Origin: the human T2T-CHM13v2.0 reference genome, Homo sapiens
DNA length: 64,000 bases
Assembly: GCF_009914755.1 (NCBI RefSeq)
Contig: NC_060936.1
Direction: 5' to 3' (one strand)
Under the pieces are notes generated by a model, which worked only from the letters and a program-made list of their open reading frames with translations, made no database searches and was not told where the DNA came from. The translations under genes and the position numbers were made by a program. This document shows, piece by piece, positions 38,809-51,259 of this stretch. Positions within the stretch are counted from its first letter, which is position 1; each line of letters starts with the position of its first letter.

Positions 38809-39707
38809 TGTTGGGGCTCAAAATATAACACCTCAAAATGAAGGCCTCAGCAGCAGCCTCAGAAGCAAACGTTTCTCTGTCACTTTCTCCTGACCTCCTG
38901 CCCCTCAGTCTACCCTGAGGCTTGCTGTAGACATTAGAATCCTTCTTCCCCAAAGTGGGTTGTAGAAAACAGAACCCATTTGTCAGTTTTGGCTTTTGTT
39001 GCCATTGCTTTTGGAGAACACTTGGACACAGGAAGGGGAACATCACACACCGGGGCCTGTTGTGGGGTGGGGAGAGGGGGGAGGGACAGCATTAGGAGAT
39101 ATACCTAATGTAAACGACAAGTTAATGGGTACAGCACACCAACATGGCACATGTATACATATGTAACAAACCTGCACGTTGTGCACATGTACCCTAGAAC
39201 TTAAAGTATAATAATAAAAAAAAAGAAAACAGACCCCCTTTTCCCCAAAGCCGGCCATAAAACCTGAAAATAGTACTCTAACCCCTTCCCGCCTTTCTGT
39301 GTAAAAACTAGACTTAAATAAATTATCTGACCTGCTTGATTGCAGGTCATAAGATCCTCATTCCAGAGAAGGTCCTGCCCCACACCCAGAAGGAAGGAAC
39401 GCTGCTCAGAGAGGCCAAGAAGAATCTAGACAGACAGGCCTTGCTGGTTTTCGCCACTTAGTCTAGTAGCATTAGGTCATAGCCTTTCTGTTCCATCATC
39501 TTTCTACACAGCTGTCCATACTTCCTTAACCTACACATAAAATGGATAGTTCCCCCTATATCCTTAGGTCTTCATGCTGAAGTTCCCCACGTCATATAAA
39601 ACTATGATTTAATAAACCTGTATGCTTTTCCCCCTATTAATCTGCCTTTGATCAGTTGATTTTCAGCAAACCCTCAGTGAAGGGGAAGTTTTTCCTTTGA
39701 GTCGACA
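38809..39707 (+). mobile_element. MER39B (ERV1) solo LTR containing an L1 insertion
   Basis: tgttggggctca...aaaatgaaggcctcag.agcagcctcagaagca...cagagaggccaagaagaatctagacagacaggccttgct...aggggaagttttt. Confidence 0.9.
38978..39223 (+). mobile_element. Short L1PA (PA4/5-like) with 5' inversion
   Basis: Antisense ORF2 piece at 38978-39014 joined to a sense 3' UTR and poly(A); TSD agaaaacaga(a/c)ccc at 38964-38977 and 39224-39237. Confidence 0.92.
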
Positions 39708-40099
39708 AAAAAAAAAAAAAAAAAAAAGGGAATGTCCACCTGACTATATACATTGAAGTTCTTTGTTGCCACCCCTTGAGAATTCCTGTACCAATGTATA
39801 ATGTACAAATAACATGATTTATTCCTACTCTGGTGGCAGCAGCACAAAGATGGACTAGTTAGACATTTCCCCTCGTTCCATGGAATGAGCATATTTGGTC
39901 AAGCCTGGGTTTTTTCACAGACTAAGAGATAGAAACTCTTGAATTACTTGCAATAATAAAAGCCTGTGTCTTTGCCTAGAAAATCCTAAATAACCACTAC
40001 CAGACAGCTCTTCACCTAGATTACTACTTGTTAAAATTCTGACCTGAGATGGATGTTCCCCATATCCCTAGGTAGTGTTAGCTATATTTAGTATGTGCC

Positions 40100-40330
40100 T
40101 ATAGTATAGCATTTACAATTAGTCCTCATAACAAAGGTACTGATATAATAATTATAGTTATTGCTATATTATATAATAATAATGTTTATTATTCCACAAA
40201 CAAGGGACTAAGACATAAAGAGGTTAAATGACTCCTCCAAGGTCTCACAGTCAGTAAGTTCTAGAGCTAAGACTCAAACCTTCTTCAGTCTTCTAGAGGA
40301 AGTCTGGCTCCAGGATCTGAGCTTCTAACC
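40100..40330 (-). mobile_element. MIR
   Basis: agaggttaaatgact..tccaaggtctcacag.cagtaagt..tagagctaagactcaaacc. Confidence 0.75.
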
Positions 40331-40524
40331 AGCTCCCCCATCATCTGCATCCAGGCCTTTTCATGGGCTCTTCCTGCTGACTGGATGTTCCGGCCTTGAC
40401 CCGGTCAGTCCTCCCATTCTATGTTCTTAAGGATCATGTACCTTTCCTTTATGACATTTACTGTAATTTGTAAGGATTTTATTATTTTGTCTCCCTAGAT
40501 AGATTGTGGATGCATACAGAGATA

Positions 40525-40990
40525 CTGTGAAGGCTTTGCATGCTGGGGCCAAGACAACTAGCCATCTCTGCAAGCCCATTCTCCTCTTTGTGGGGAGACA
40601 CAAGGTGACAGAATTATGCTAGACGCATGCTGCCTAGCTACCTCTACTTCTTAGCCTCCCTTGCAGCTATGTGTGGCCATGTGATTAAATTTTGGCGTAT
40701 CAAATGTGGCACAAATGCTGGGTGCCACTTCTATTTCTCCTTTCTATTGTTGACAGCTGGAGCCAACTATGACTCAGTGCCCCCCATATAGAGGCTGGAT
40801 GACAAAGCTGCAGGAGATGGCAGAGGGTGAGGGATGTAGGCCCACGGGACCAAGTGAGGTAGAGCTACCCACCAACCTGAACACTTACCTCAAATTATTA
40901 CATGAAGAAGTCATTTACTTCAGTCTTTAAACCACTGGATTATTTTGGTTCCTTTGTTACAGCAGCCTAACCTTACCCAAACTCACCACT
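40525..40990 (+). mobile_element. MLT1 LTR (H/I-like)
   Basis: cttagcctcccttgcagcta.gtgtggccatgtga.taa...gggtgccacttc...ctttgttacagcagcctaacctta. Confidence 0.8.
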
Positions 40991-41394
40991 ACGTTTCTGG
41001 AACCTAACAGAGTTATCTAGTACAGAGCAGGGGCTCGTCATATATTTGCTAAGTAACCAACTGAACAGTTACTTACAGAAATGTCTTCCCAACTAGTGTG
41101 TGCACAGAACTCCTTATAAGTTGGGACTGTATCTTCTACTTGTTTTCTTCTGCATCAAGCACAGCATTGAACACATAGCACGAGGCCAAAGGATGAATGA
41201 AGAAATGATAAAAAGAGAAACGCTGGGCATGTACATGGCCACGTTTCTACATCTTTTTACATTTTGCCTGCTACAGAAATGCTTTTCAAATAGTTATAAT
41301 ACATTCTTATATAAACAGCAATTCAACCGGAAGTTCGGATATGAGGTATTTTTATGTAAGTTAATTATTGTATCAAAATAATTGGAGAAAAGGT

Positions 41395-41895
<501 letters not shown>

Positions 41896-41964
41896 CTACA
41901 TACTATGCTTTTTTTCCTGGCAATGTATTTTTATTCCTTATAGTTCCTCACTCCTTTTCTTAAA

Positions 41965-42218
41965 CATGACCATCCTCTTCCTGTGTCTTCACATAGCCTT
42001 TTCCCTGTGTGTGTGCGCACCTCTGGTATCTCTGTTTGTGTGTCCAAATTTTCTCTTCTTATAAGGACACCAGTTAGATTAGATTAGATCCCATCCTAAT
42101 GGCCTCATTTTTATTTTAATCACTTATTTAAAGGCCAAAATACAGTTACATTGGGAGGGATTAGGGGTTAGGGCTTCAACATATAAATTTTGGGAAGACA
42201 CAATTTAGCTCATAACAT
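41965..42218 (-). mobile_element. MLT1A-type LTR fragment
   Basis: ctgtgtcttcacat...ctcttcttataaggacaccagt...ccatcctaatggcctcatttta...ggggttagggcttcaacatata...cataaca. Confidence 0.85.
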
Positions 42219-42459
42219 TCAGGTCATAACAGCAGTCTAGGAAGGTGGAGCTCTAAAGCTCAGTCATTGGCTGGAAGCTGGTGTGCTCATCTTATTAGAA
42301 CTTGTAACCCGGGAAGGTCAGGGTCAATGATTTCAAGTCTCCTCTTTGGATTGGCAGGAAGTGGGATGTGAGCACAGGATGGGGCTCCGATGTGGTTTCT
42401 GGGGGTGGGTGGTGGGGATGGGGCACCAGGGCACTGTGTAAGAGAGATGGGACCCTGAC

Positions 42460-42605
42460 CAGACTCCTTGCTGTAATTGCCTGTTTCTGTGTCTGCATCC
42501 CCTCTAGACTGTTATTTTCTGGAAGGGCAGGGACCATTTCTATCTTGTTGATCTTCAAATTCCCCAGTGCCTGGTGCATAGCTGGCATATTTGTGGAATG
42601 AATGA
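42460..42605 (+). mobile_element. L2 3' terminus
   Basis: ctagactgt...gaagggcagggacca...ccccagtgcctgg...atttgtggaatgaatga. Confidence 0.8.
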
Positions 42606-42764
42606 TTCACTTTTGCAGTCTCTTCCCTGTGTGAAAGTTATTTTATGTATCAGGAAAGCAAATTCTTTTTGCATCTAGAAACTTTCAGCCTCCTCCTGTC
42701 TTGATCTTAAAGAGTTTTTGTCTTATTTTTTCCCTTTGGAAATGCTTGATGCTCACCGATATAG

Positions 42765-43010
42765 GGACCATTTACTGAAGGTTTATCACACACCAGGCAC
42801 AGTGCTCAGAGCCTCATGAGTCTCTCACTTAATCCTCATGACAGCCCTGCCAGGTGGGTGTTCCTTGATTCATTTTACAGGTGCAAAATCCACTATTCAG
42901 GGAGGTGAGCTCCCTTCCCCAGGTCACACAGCTGGTAAGGGATTACCGGACTGGGTTTGAAACACAGGTCTGTCTGGTTGTAAAACACAGGCCCTTAACT
43001 ACCTACACTT
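42765..43010 (-). mobile_element. MIR
   Basis: cacttaatcctcatgacagccctg...cattttacaggtg...cccaggtcacacagctggtaag...gggtttgaa. Confidence 0.85.
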
Positions 43011-44245
43011 ACAGGTTCACAAACGGCATTCCTGCCTCAGATTTGACAATGCCTACAGTTCTTCAGAATCATTTCCAAGAACAGCCAGGTCTCCTAACTA
43101 CTCGGATCAAGTGACCCTGGAAAAATTCAAGACTTGACTCTTGAATGAACCAAGAGACAATATGCATACCAGAGCCAGATAATAGTAACACTTTTTATTT
43201 TTCATAAAAGTCTTTCTGAAGAACCCATGATGCTAGGAAGAAAATCTTCAAATTGCTCCAGGCTTAGTCTTCCCTTCTATTTCTTTCAGCATTTGGTACT
43301 CTATGGGGATTGGATAGGGTGTCTAGGTCCACATATTAAGATGAAAAAAAATCACAAAAGGAGACTGGTTTGTATTTTGTCAACTCAACTTGAACTATGA
43401 TATTTTTTCTCTTGTTTTTCTTTTCTTTTTTTTTTTTCCTTTTTAAAGCCAATTTGACTTATTGTCTTAGTATTGTGTAGACACAGCCCTGGTGATACCT
43501 TGTGATGAGTTTGAGATTCTTCAAGATCCAAACACAATGAGGGTGACTTAAGGACAGAGTTTCAGCTTTGCTTCTGACTCTTCTTGGTTTTGTGGGTTTA
43601 AGTTAATGTTATTTGAAAGTTTTTGTATGTGTGTGGTTGAATATATACTATAACTTGTTCTTTTGTGACAACAAGATTTATACTGGCGGTGTCTCTCATA
43701 CCACTGGAAACTGGAAGGGAACCTACAATGTGAACCTCCGAGAGTTTTAAAAAGACAGCAGCCATTATTCAGCAGTGATGGCTTCAAGCTGCCCTTGAGC
43801 CTAGTTACAGCCTGGTGCTCCATCCCGGCCCACATGTGAAGTCAGCATGCAAACGGCCTGTCAGATATTTAATACATCACATATGCATTTAGACAAAATC
43901 TCTGCCTTCTTCTTAATTAAGATTTCTTCAGTGAGTAGGACTTCAGGGAGAAAGAAAATGATCTGATGGAATTGTATTAAATACCAGTTTACTTCCCAAG
44001 TTTCTAACTGATTTTTTTTCCACTTAACATGACTTGGCCTGAAAGGCAAAGGCATTTGAACAAGGTATAGAGGCTGGCATTTCATTTTTTATATCATTTT
44101 GGCTCCAGTGAACTGTTCCCAGTAAAAATGAGCCTGTGAGATGTAGCTGTTTTATGCAAAGGCTAACAATGCTAGTCTTTTATAAATCATAAATCCTCTT
44201 AACCTCAAACAATTTGGGGCCACCAACTGTAACTGTAATCTATAA

Positions 44246-44610
<365 letters not shown>

Positions 44611-44959
44611 ACAAATATTTATAAAAGTTCTCAGCTATTAAGAGATTCGAAATCATTTTTTTGTGGAATAGAAACTTCTAGTCTATACCTCCTCAGTTAA
44701 ATTTTTGATATAGGTTTTATGAATTTCCTTTCGTTGAATACTTTCTAAATTTTGACAACCATTTGATTTAATTTCTTTCAGACATAATTTTTATTAGACA
44801 AACCCAAGATAGGTGATAATTTTTTTTTTGATGGAGGAATGGTGAGGTGGACAAATTATCGTTGTGTAATTCTTACTTTTGGTGGTATTTTTCTGTATCA
44901 TGTGTGTTTATTTTCTTGAAAATAAAAAAGAATCAATGACAATTATTACTTGGTACTCT

Positions 44960-45440
44960 CTGCACTTAGGATCTTATACGACAAGTAATAGTAAACAGCT
45001 CTAGAAAACTTGAGCAGAAAAGGAATTTGCTAGAAGGAGATAGGGTACTTACAATTTGTAAGAGAAAGCTAGCAAGTTGGAGACTGATAGGTAGTGGAAT
45101 CTGGACAGGTCAAGGGGGCAAGGCAGCAGGAATTATTGAACTGCCCCAAGAGGTTGCTACTGTGAAATGAGAAAAACAGTGACTACCAACTGTTGATTCC
45201 CCACCTCATGCCTGTTGCTATCAGTCTGATCAAGATTCATGGTAGTCCTAGAAGCAAAGTTTGATTGGCATAGGTTGATCACACACTCTGTCACTGACTG
45301 GTGGAAGATGAGGCTGTATTTTTTAGGATACCCACACACTCCCAACAATCCATTATAACAGAATCTCCCTGAACGGAAATAAGATACCACTGGGAAGGAA
45401 AATTGGATGCTGGGCAGGCAAAACCAAATGTCCACGCCTT
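44960..45440 (-). mobile_element. Old MLT1 LTR
   Basis: gcagaaaaggaatttgctagaagga...ttgattggcataggtt...ggatgctgggcaggcaaaac. Confidence 0.6.
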
Positions 45441-46269
45441 GCTTAATATCACACTTAGGGATATAAGCAAAAAATGCCCATTTTATTCTCAAATCGAATG
45501 CAGGGATTCCAAGAGCTTCAATAAGTCTCCTTGTAAATTAATTGTTACCTTGGTAAGAGGAATCTGATCATGTTAGATTCAATTCATTGAAGCTATTGTG
45601 AAATTCTCTGGCTTCAAAGTGGAGTCCTGGGAACAATACCCTTGATTCAATTCCACACTGTGAGTTGGGCAGTTTAGAAGGATGGAATGAATTTTCCTCC
45701 AAGCTTTGTTGAAAGTTAATGATCCAGAGCTAGGATGCTGCATGTTTTTATATGGTTGCTTATTATGAGCTATTTAACTTTTATAGCTTTATTAACTGTT
45801 TTATGGAAATGTGTATTTCATGTTTTATTACAGCTTTGTAGGATGGCCATATTTGGCCGGAAAGCCTGACAAATGAGCACAAATGTTTGCAAATATTGCT
45901 GGTAAGCAGTTTCTGTATAAAGTTGTTTCATTTTAACAATTTGTGGGGGTGGGGTGGGAGGGGTTCTCTTTAGTGAAGTGGAGCAGAACTGAGTGCTTAT
46001 GAGGGGAGGTAAGAGGAATAGAGAGAAGAGAAGAAGGGAGAGCATGTCCAACATTCTAATTTTTTAGATGTAAAAAGTAAAATTAGATATAAAATTTTAT
46101 AGAGATTCCCTTTTAGTGAACCCTTGAGTTAGGAACAAAAGTGAACATTTGAGTTAGGAACCTCCCACCCTCAAAATACATCTGGCTGATATTAAATATA
46201 TTTTACAAAAAACTAAAAATAATATTTGCAGTTAGTTATGTCACCCTTACAATAAACCTATGAAGTGGG

Positions 46270-46455
46270 TAAAAATACCACTACTAGGTGTTCTAAGCAT
46301 TGCTGTAAGCACTTTACATGCAGAGCTCATTTAATCTTTATAGTAAGACTACTAGATGGATACTAATATTAACTTCATTCGAAGGATAAGGAAACCGAAG
46401 CTTCAATAGGTATCCCAAGCATCTGACTTCGACTCCAATTTATTTCTCACTGTAT
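46270..46455 (-). mobile_element. MIR
   Basis: gcactttacatg....ctcatttaatctt...gataaggaaaccgaag. Confidence 0.7.
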
Positions 46456-47014
46456 CACAGAGACCTCACTGCTTGATAGTCTGATGTGGAGGTTATTCAA
46501 GTTATTAGTTGATCTTTGAGACACTTTTTTTCTCATTTTTCTATGGGCAATTTAAAAACTATTGAGGGCAAATATTCCGAACTTATAGTCACACTAGCTA
46601 GTTGTTGGCACTCTGAAATTTGCCTTGTCAATACTCATTTCACCTGTGTCTCACTTTAGGGCACTGTCTGGTTAGAAAAGAGCTCAGATCTCCAGATTCT
46701 TGATTCTCATACCTTTTCTGGGAAATCAGTTTTTGTTTTTGTTTTTCCTCAAAATGTATATGGTTAAGTAAAAGCATACAAAACAGAAATCATTTCTTCT
46801 AGATACTGAGAAATCAAAGCATCATACAAAAGATTCCTAAATCCTTGACTAGTTTTTTTATCAACAATCCAAATTTTGTTTTTTTCTCCCAATGTTGTTA
46901 ATGTTGTAATGAGGAATTCAACTGAAATATCTATTTTATAAAAAGTATGCCTTAGACAATTTGGCTTTGTGTAACATCTCATGTTTAGAGTATAACATAA
47001 CATTAGTCCTATCA

Positions 47015-47063
47015 TTAATTGAGAGCTTGCTGTGTATCAGAAACTGTGATTGGTTTTATATAT

Positions 47064-47095
<32 letters not shown>

Positions 47096-47197
47096 GTCAT
47101 CACATTTCATTTAGTTCTCACTATGATACTAAGTGGTGAAGATTATCATCTCATTTTTAACACGTGAGGAAACTGAGGCTCAGAAAGTTTAAGAAGC
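47015..47197 (-). mobile_element. MIR with internal (TA)n
   Basis: atcatctcatttttaacacgtgaggaaactgaggctcaga; TA run at 47057-47095. Confidence 0.8.
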
Positions 47198-47703
47198 TGT
47201 TAGTTCGGAAGTGATTTGTCTCTGCCAAAACCCATGATGAAGTTTAATTGCCAATGCAGCAGTTTTGGGAGGTGGGGCCTAGTGGGAGGTGTTTGGGTCA
47301 TGGGGGTGGATTCCTCATGAATAGATTAATGCTGTCTCACAGGGATGAGTGAGCTCTTCTTCTCTTGGGAATGGATTAGTTCCCAAGAGAGTGGGTTGTT
47401 ATAAAGCCTGCCCCCACAAATTGCCAAAGTGAAATACGGTTTTACCCAGAAACTGCTTACTAGTGATATTTGCAAAGCATTTGTGCTCATTTGTGAGGCT
47501 TCTTGGCCTCCTGTTTGGTCCCTTTTTGCACACACCCACTCTCCTTCCATTTTCTGTTATGAGCAGCTTGAGGCTCTCACCAGATGGGCTGCCTGATCTT
47601 GAACTTCCCAGCCTTCAGCATTGTGAGCAAAATTAACTTTTTTTCTGTATACATTACCCAGTCTCAGGTATTTCATTATAGCAACAGAAAATAGGCTATG
47701 ACA
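47198..47703 (+). mobile_element. MST (MSTC-like) solo LTR with an internal foreign insert
   Basis: gggaggtggggcctagtgggaggtgtttgggtcatggggg.ggat.cctcatgaatagattaatg...ttacccagtctcaggtattt..ttatagcaaca...gaca. Confidence 0.9.
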
Positions 47704-48769
47704 GAGGGAGAACTGGGTGTCAAGCTTAGGTATCTGTCTCCAGTGTCCAGTGGTCTTTCTACTCCTCCATGAGGACTTTATCTGGGGTGAAGGATTACCT
47801 GAGAGTGTCCAAGCTCAGCTCATTGGGGAAGGTTTTTGTGAAATATTATGACATCTGAGTGGGGGAGACATTTGTGGATAGGAGCCTTCAACTGGAATGA
47901 CTTTCTAGCTGTTGACTTTATTAATAGAAAAGTCTCCCATCTGGCATTCCTGCTGTGCTTCCCTCTCCTCCTTACTTCAGAATCTGAAAATCCTCCCTCG
48001 GCAGTCTCAGCCCCTCATGTGAAGCTCAAATAATTCTTCAGGCACATTCAGGACCCGAAAGTTGACATAACTCTTAATCATTGTGAAATTTGACATTTTG
48101 TGTGTAAGTGTGTATGTGTATGTTTAATTAAAGGAGTGTGAGGCAGCATGGGGCAGGAGGGGAGACATTATCCAAATGGATATGCATATGTCTTATATGT
48201 CTACATATCCTGCCATTGGAGAAGGGGAGTATAATCAAAAGATGTGTGTGTGTGTGTTTAAAGTATGTGCGTGTATAAGGGTGATCATGCAATGCTATGT
48301 GCATATTTGTGTATGATCTGTGTGCGTGTGCAAACACAGACGTGAACATGTATACTGGGGAAGTGCATGTGCTCAGGTGCAAGGAAAGGAATATATAAAT
48401 CCCAGGCTTAACGTTCATTAGAGAGAAATGTACAAATTCAAAGAGCTCGAAATACATTTCCTAAGTGATGAACAGTTTACATTTTCTCTAGACTGATAGT
48501 ATATGATTTTCCATTTGAATTAGAAACACACCTCCCAGTCAACATTAAGCTACTCTGAACAAAACACAACCAGGGATATGACAGATCCATTTAGACCCTC
48601 CCTTAAGAAATCTGAACAAAAGGGATGGCATCATCAGGATGACTGCCATTGAGACAACTCTAGAGCTGTCTAGACATGAGCTAATTACTTCTATTTATCT
48701 TTCTGGCTTCCTCCAGAATTAGCTAACTCTCTAAGATTTGGTGAACCTTTTAATTATCTCCAGATTCTG

Positions 48770-48985
48770 GCTAACTAGGGGGAATGGATAGAGCAAAGAA
48801 TCAGGAATTAGGTCTGTCACTGACCAACTTTGTTTCACCTGAAGAGAATCTCCTAGTCTCAGTGGACCTCAGACTTCTCATCTACTAAATAGGTATAAGA
48901 ATATTTGTCCAGTCTACTTTACAAGGCTGTTGTATGAAGCAAATGAAAGGATGTGAAACCTTCTGTATAGCATATAAATTATAAA
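48770..48985 (+). mobile_element. MIR
   Basis: tctcagtggacctcagacttctcatctactaaatagg. Confidence 0.7.
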
Positions 48986-49074
48986 CCAAAATAAATTGTT
49001 ACTGATATTGTAGTCTTGGAACTAAGCTGCTGAATGTATACATTACTTGGGTTTTTCTGCTAGCTGGTTAAATG

Positions 49075-49300
49075 AAATGAGTACTTAAGCACTGGAGGTA
49101 GAAGATTTGAGTTTGGGGCTACTTTTTTACATTTTGGCAGAATAATCTTTGGGCATATCATTTCACCTTTTGATCCTTAAGGTGTCCATATCTGTGAAAT
49201 AGGTTTACAATACTCATTCTAATTAACTCACAGGACTGTTTTAAGGATTACATGGGATGTGAGAGTACTTTGTAAGCTTCAAAATAGCATATGAAAGGAG
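49075..49300 (+). mobile_element. MIR
   Basis: tttgggca.atca.ttcacct...atctgtgaaatagg...ctcacaggactgtt.taaggatta. Confidence 0.7.
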
Positions 49301-49654
49301 AGAGTATTCATTAGTATTTCCCTTATGAGCTACCACAATGATCCATTTTTCTCTTGGCTCATGTGACAAAAGAGAAAGCTGAAGAACTTTGCCAATAAAT
49401 ACACATTTTATTTACCTCCCTGTTTCCGAGCACATAATTAAAAATGACTGGTGTTCATGGATGCACATGTGTTATTATGAATAAGGACTAAGAGGCTCTA
49501 TAACTACTCATGCTTCTTGAAAAGGAATTGAACATACAATAGTGAACAGTTGGTTATTTAATGAATTTATATTAAAATAATGACTGTGGGTTGTATTACA
49601 AACCTGGGTGTTTTCGTTCTTATATTTGCACTTTTAATACTGAAACATTAATTG

Positions 49655-50260
49655 GTTCATTTATTAAATATTTAAGGAATTATCACCTGATTCCAGGTAG
49701 AAACTAGACATACAGAGATAAAAAATACGTGGTTCCTGTCTCCAAAGAGCATTCAGTGTAGTTAGGAAACAGACAAGTAAAAAAAAAATGATTCCAACCA
49801 GGTGCATCAGGTGCATTAATAGAAGCATATACACGTGTAGGTGCCGTGGGAGCAGAGAGGACTGAAAGTCTAACTCTGTCCAAGTGTCAGAGAAGGTTGC
49901 CCCAGACACTTTATTTATGATGGAGCTGAGGCTGGTAGGCTCAGTGAGAGTTTACCTTGCAGAAAGAGGGATAAGGGGAGAGAGGACTGAGGCAGAGAGA
50001 ATGACATAGGCAATACAGATGTGGAAGCATGAGAGTGCATTGTAGATAGCTGAATCGCAAGCAGATGGTTAGAATGCATGTGAGGATATAGCTAGTACTT
50101 CTCTCCTGGGGTTGGGAGAAGTAGGGGCCAATTTATTAAGGGCTTGAAATTCCAGACAAAGAAACTTGAATTCTCTCCTGCATTCAAGGACACATTAAAG
50201 AATTATAGGCAGGTAGATGACATGATCAAATTCGCAGTTTAGATAAAAAAGATTCAAACT
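49655..50260 (-). mobile_element. L2
   Basis: ttcatttattaaatattta...ggttcctgtctccaaagagc.ttcagt...gtcagagaaggtt.ccc...gacatgatcaaatt. Confidence 0.75.
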
Positions 50261-50321
50261 ACTACTAAACATTTGCCACATACTGTGTGTGAAACTCTGA
50301 CAGATTAAAGATAAAATATCT

Positions 50322-50626
50322 GGCTGGGTGTGGTGGCTCATGCCTGTAATCCCAGCACTCTGGGAGGCCAAGGCAGGGGAATCGCTTGAATCCAGGAGTT
50401 TGAGACCAGCTTGGGCAATAAAACGAGACCCTATCTCTACAAAAAAATAAAAATAAAAAATGAGCTGGGAATGGTGGCACGTGCCTGTGGTCCAGTTACT
50501 CTGGAGGCTGAGGTGGGAGAATCTTGAGAACAAGAGGTTGAGGCTGCAGTGAGCCATGATTGTGCCATTGTACTCTAGCCTGGACAACAAAGCAAGACTC
50601 TGTCAAAAAAATAACAATAAAGAAAG
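50322..50626 (+). mobile_element. AluJ (Jb/Jo-like)
   Basis: gaatcgcttgaatccaggagtttgagaccagcttgggcaa; gaggctgcagtgagccatgattg; 15-bp TSD aaag(a/c)taaaatatct at 50307-50321 and 50627-50641. Confidence 0.93.
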
Positions 50627-50906
50627 AAAGCTAAAATATCTTAAAGATCCAGACATTCATGTATGTTGGGAACCATAGCTTTTTGTCTTTGATTGGTTTA
50701 GAGAATAAAAGGGGAGGGAAAATTACTATCTCACTCTATTAGAGCAGCACCAGATGCGGGCCTGGAACATGATGGTATTTGGGCAAGAACTTGTTCACAT
50801 CAACTCATCCTTCCTCATCCTAGTATTTTAGTGGGGGTATTTTTCATAGGTTGGGACAAAGTCACACATCCTATTAGCAGCAAACACTTATTACAGATAT
50901 CTCCCC

Positions 50907-51259
50907 CGATATGGTTTGGCTGTGTCCTCATTCAAATCTCAACTTGAATTATATCTCCCAGAATTCCCACGTGTTGTGGGAGGGACCTGGGGGAGGTAAT
51001 TGAATCATGGGAGCTGGTCTTTCTTGTGCTATTCTCGTGATAGTGAGTAAGTCTCACAAGATCTAATGGGTTTATCGGGGGTTTCCAGTTTTGCTTCCTC
51101 CTCATTCTCTCTTGCTGCGGCAATGTAAGAAGTGCCTTTTCCCCTCTGCCATGATTCTGAGGCCTCCCCAGCCATGTGGAACTGTAATTCCAATTAAATC
51201 TCTTTTTCTTCCCAGTCTCGGGTATGTCTTTATCAGCAGTGTGAATATGAACTGATACA
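50907..51259 (+). mobile_element. THE1A solo LTR
   Basis: gatatggtttggctgtgtcc...tatctcccagaattcccacgtgttgtgggagggacc...cccagtctcgggtatgtctttatcagcag...ataca; TSD tcccc/ccccc. Confidence 0.93.

Noticed and set aside
42157-42175. Telomere-like ttaggggttaggg
   Set aside because: Part of the normal MLT1A LTR sequence, not an interstitial telomere array.
48100-48380. TG/TA-rich stretch and His/Thr-rich minus ORF 48128-48457
   Set aside because: Degenerate (TG)n/(TA)n low-complexity sequence.
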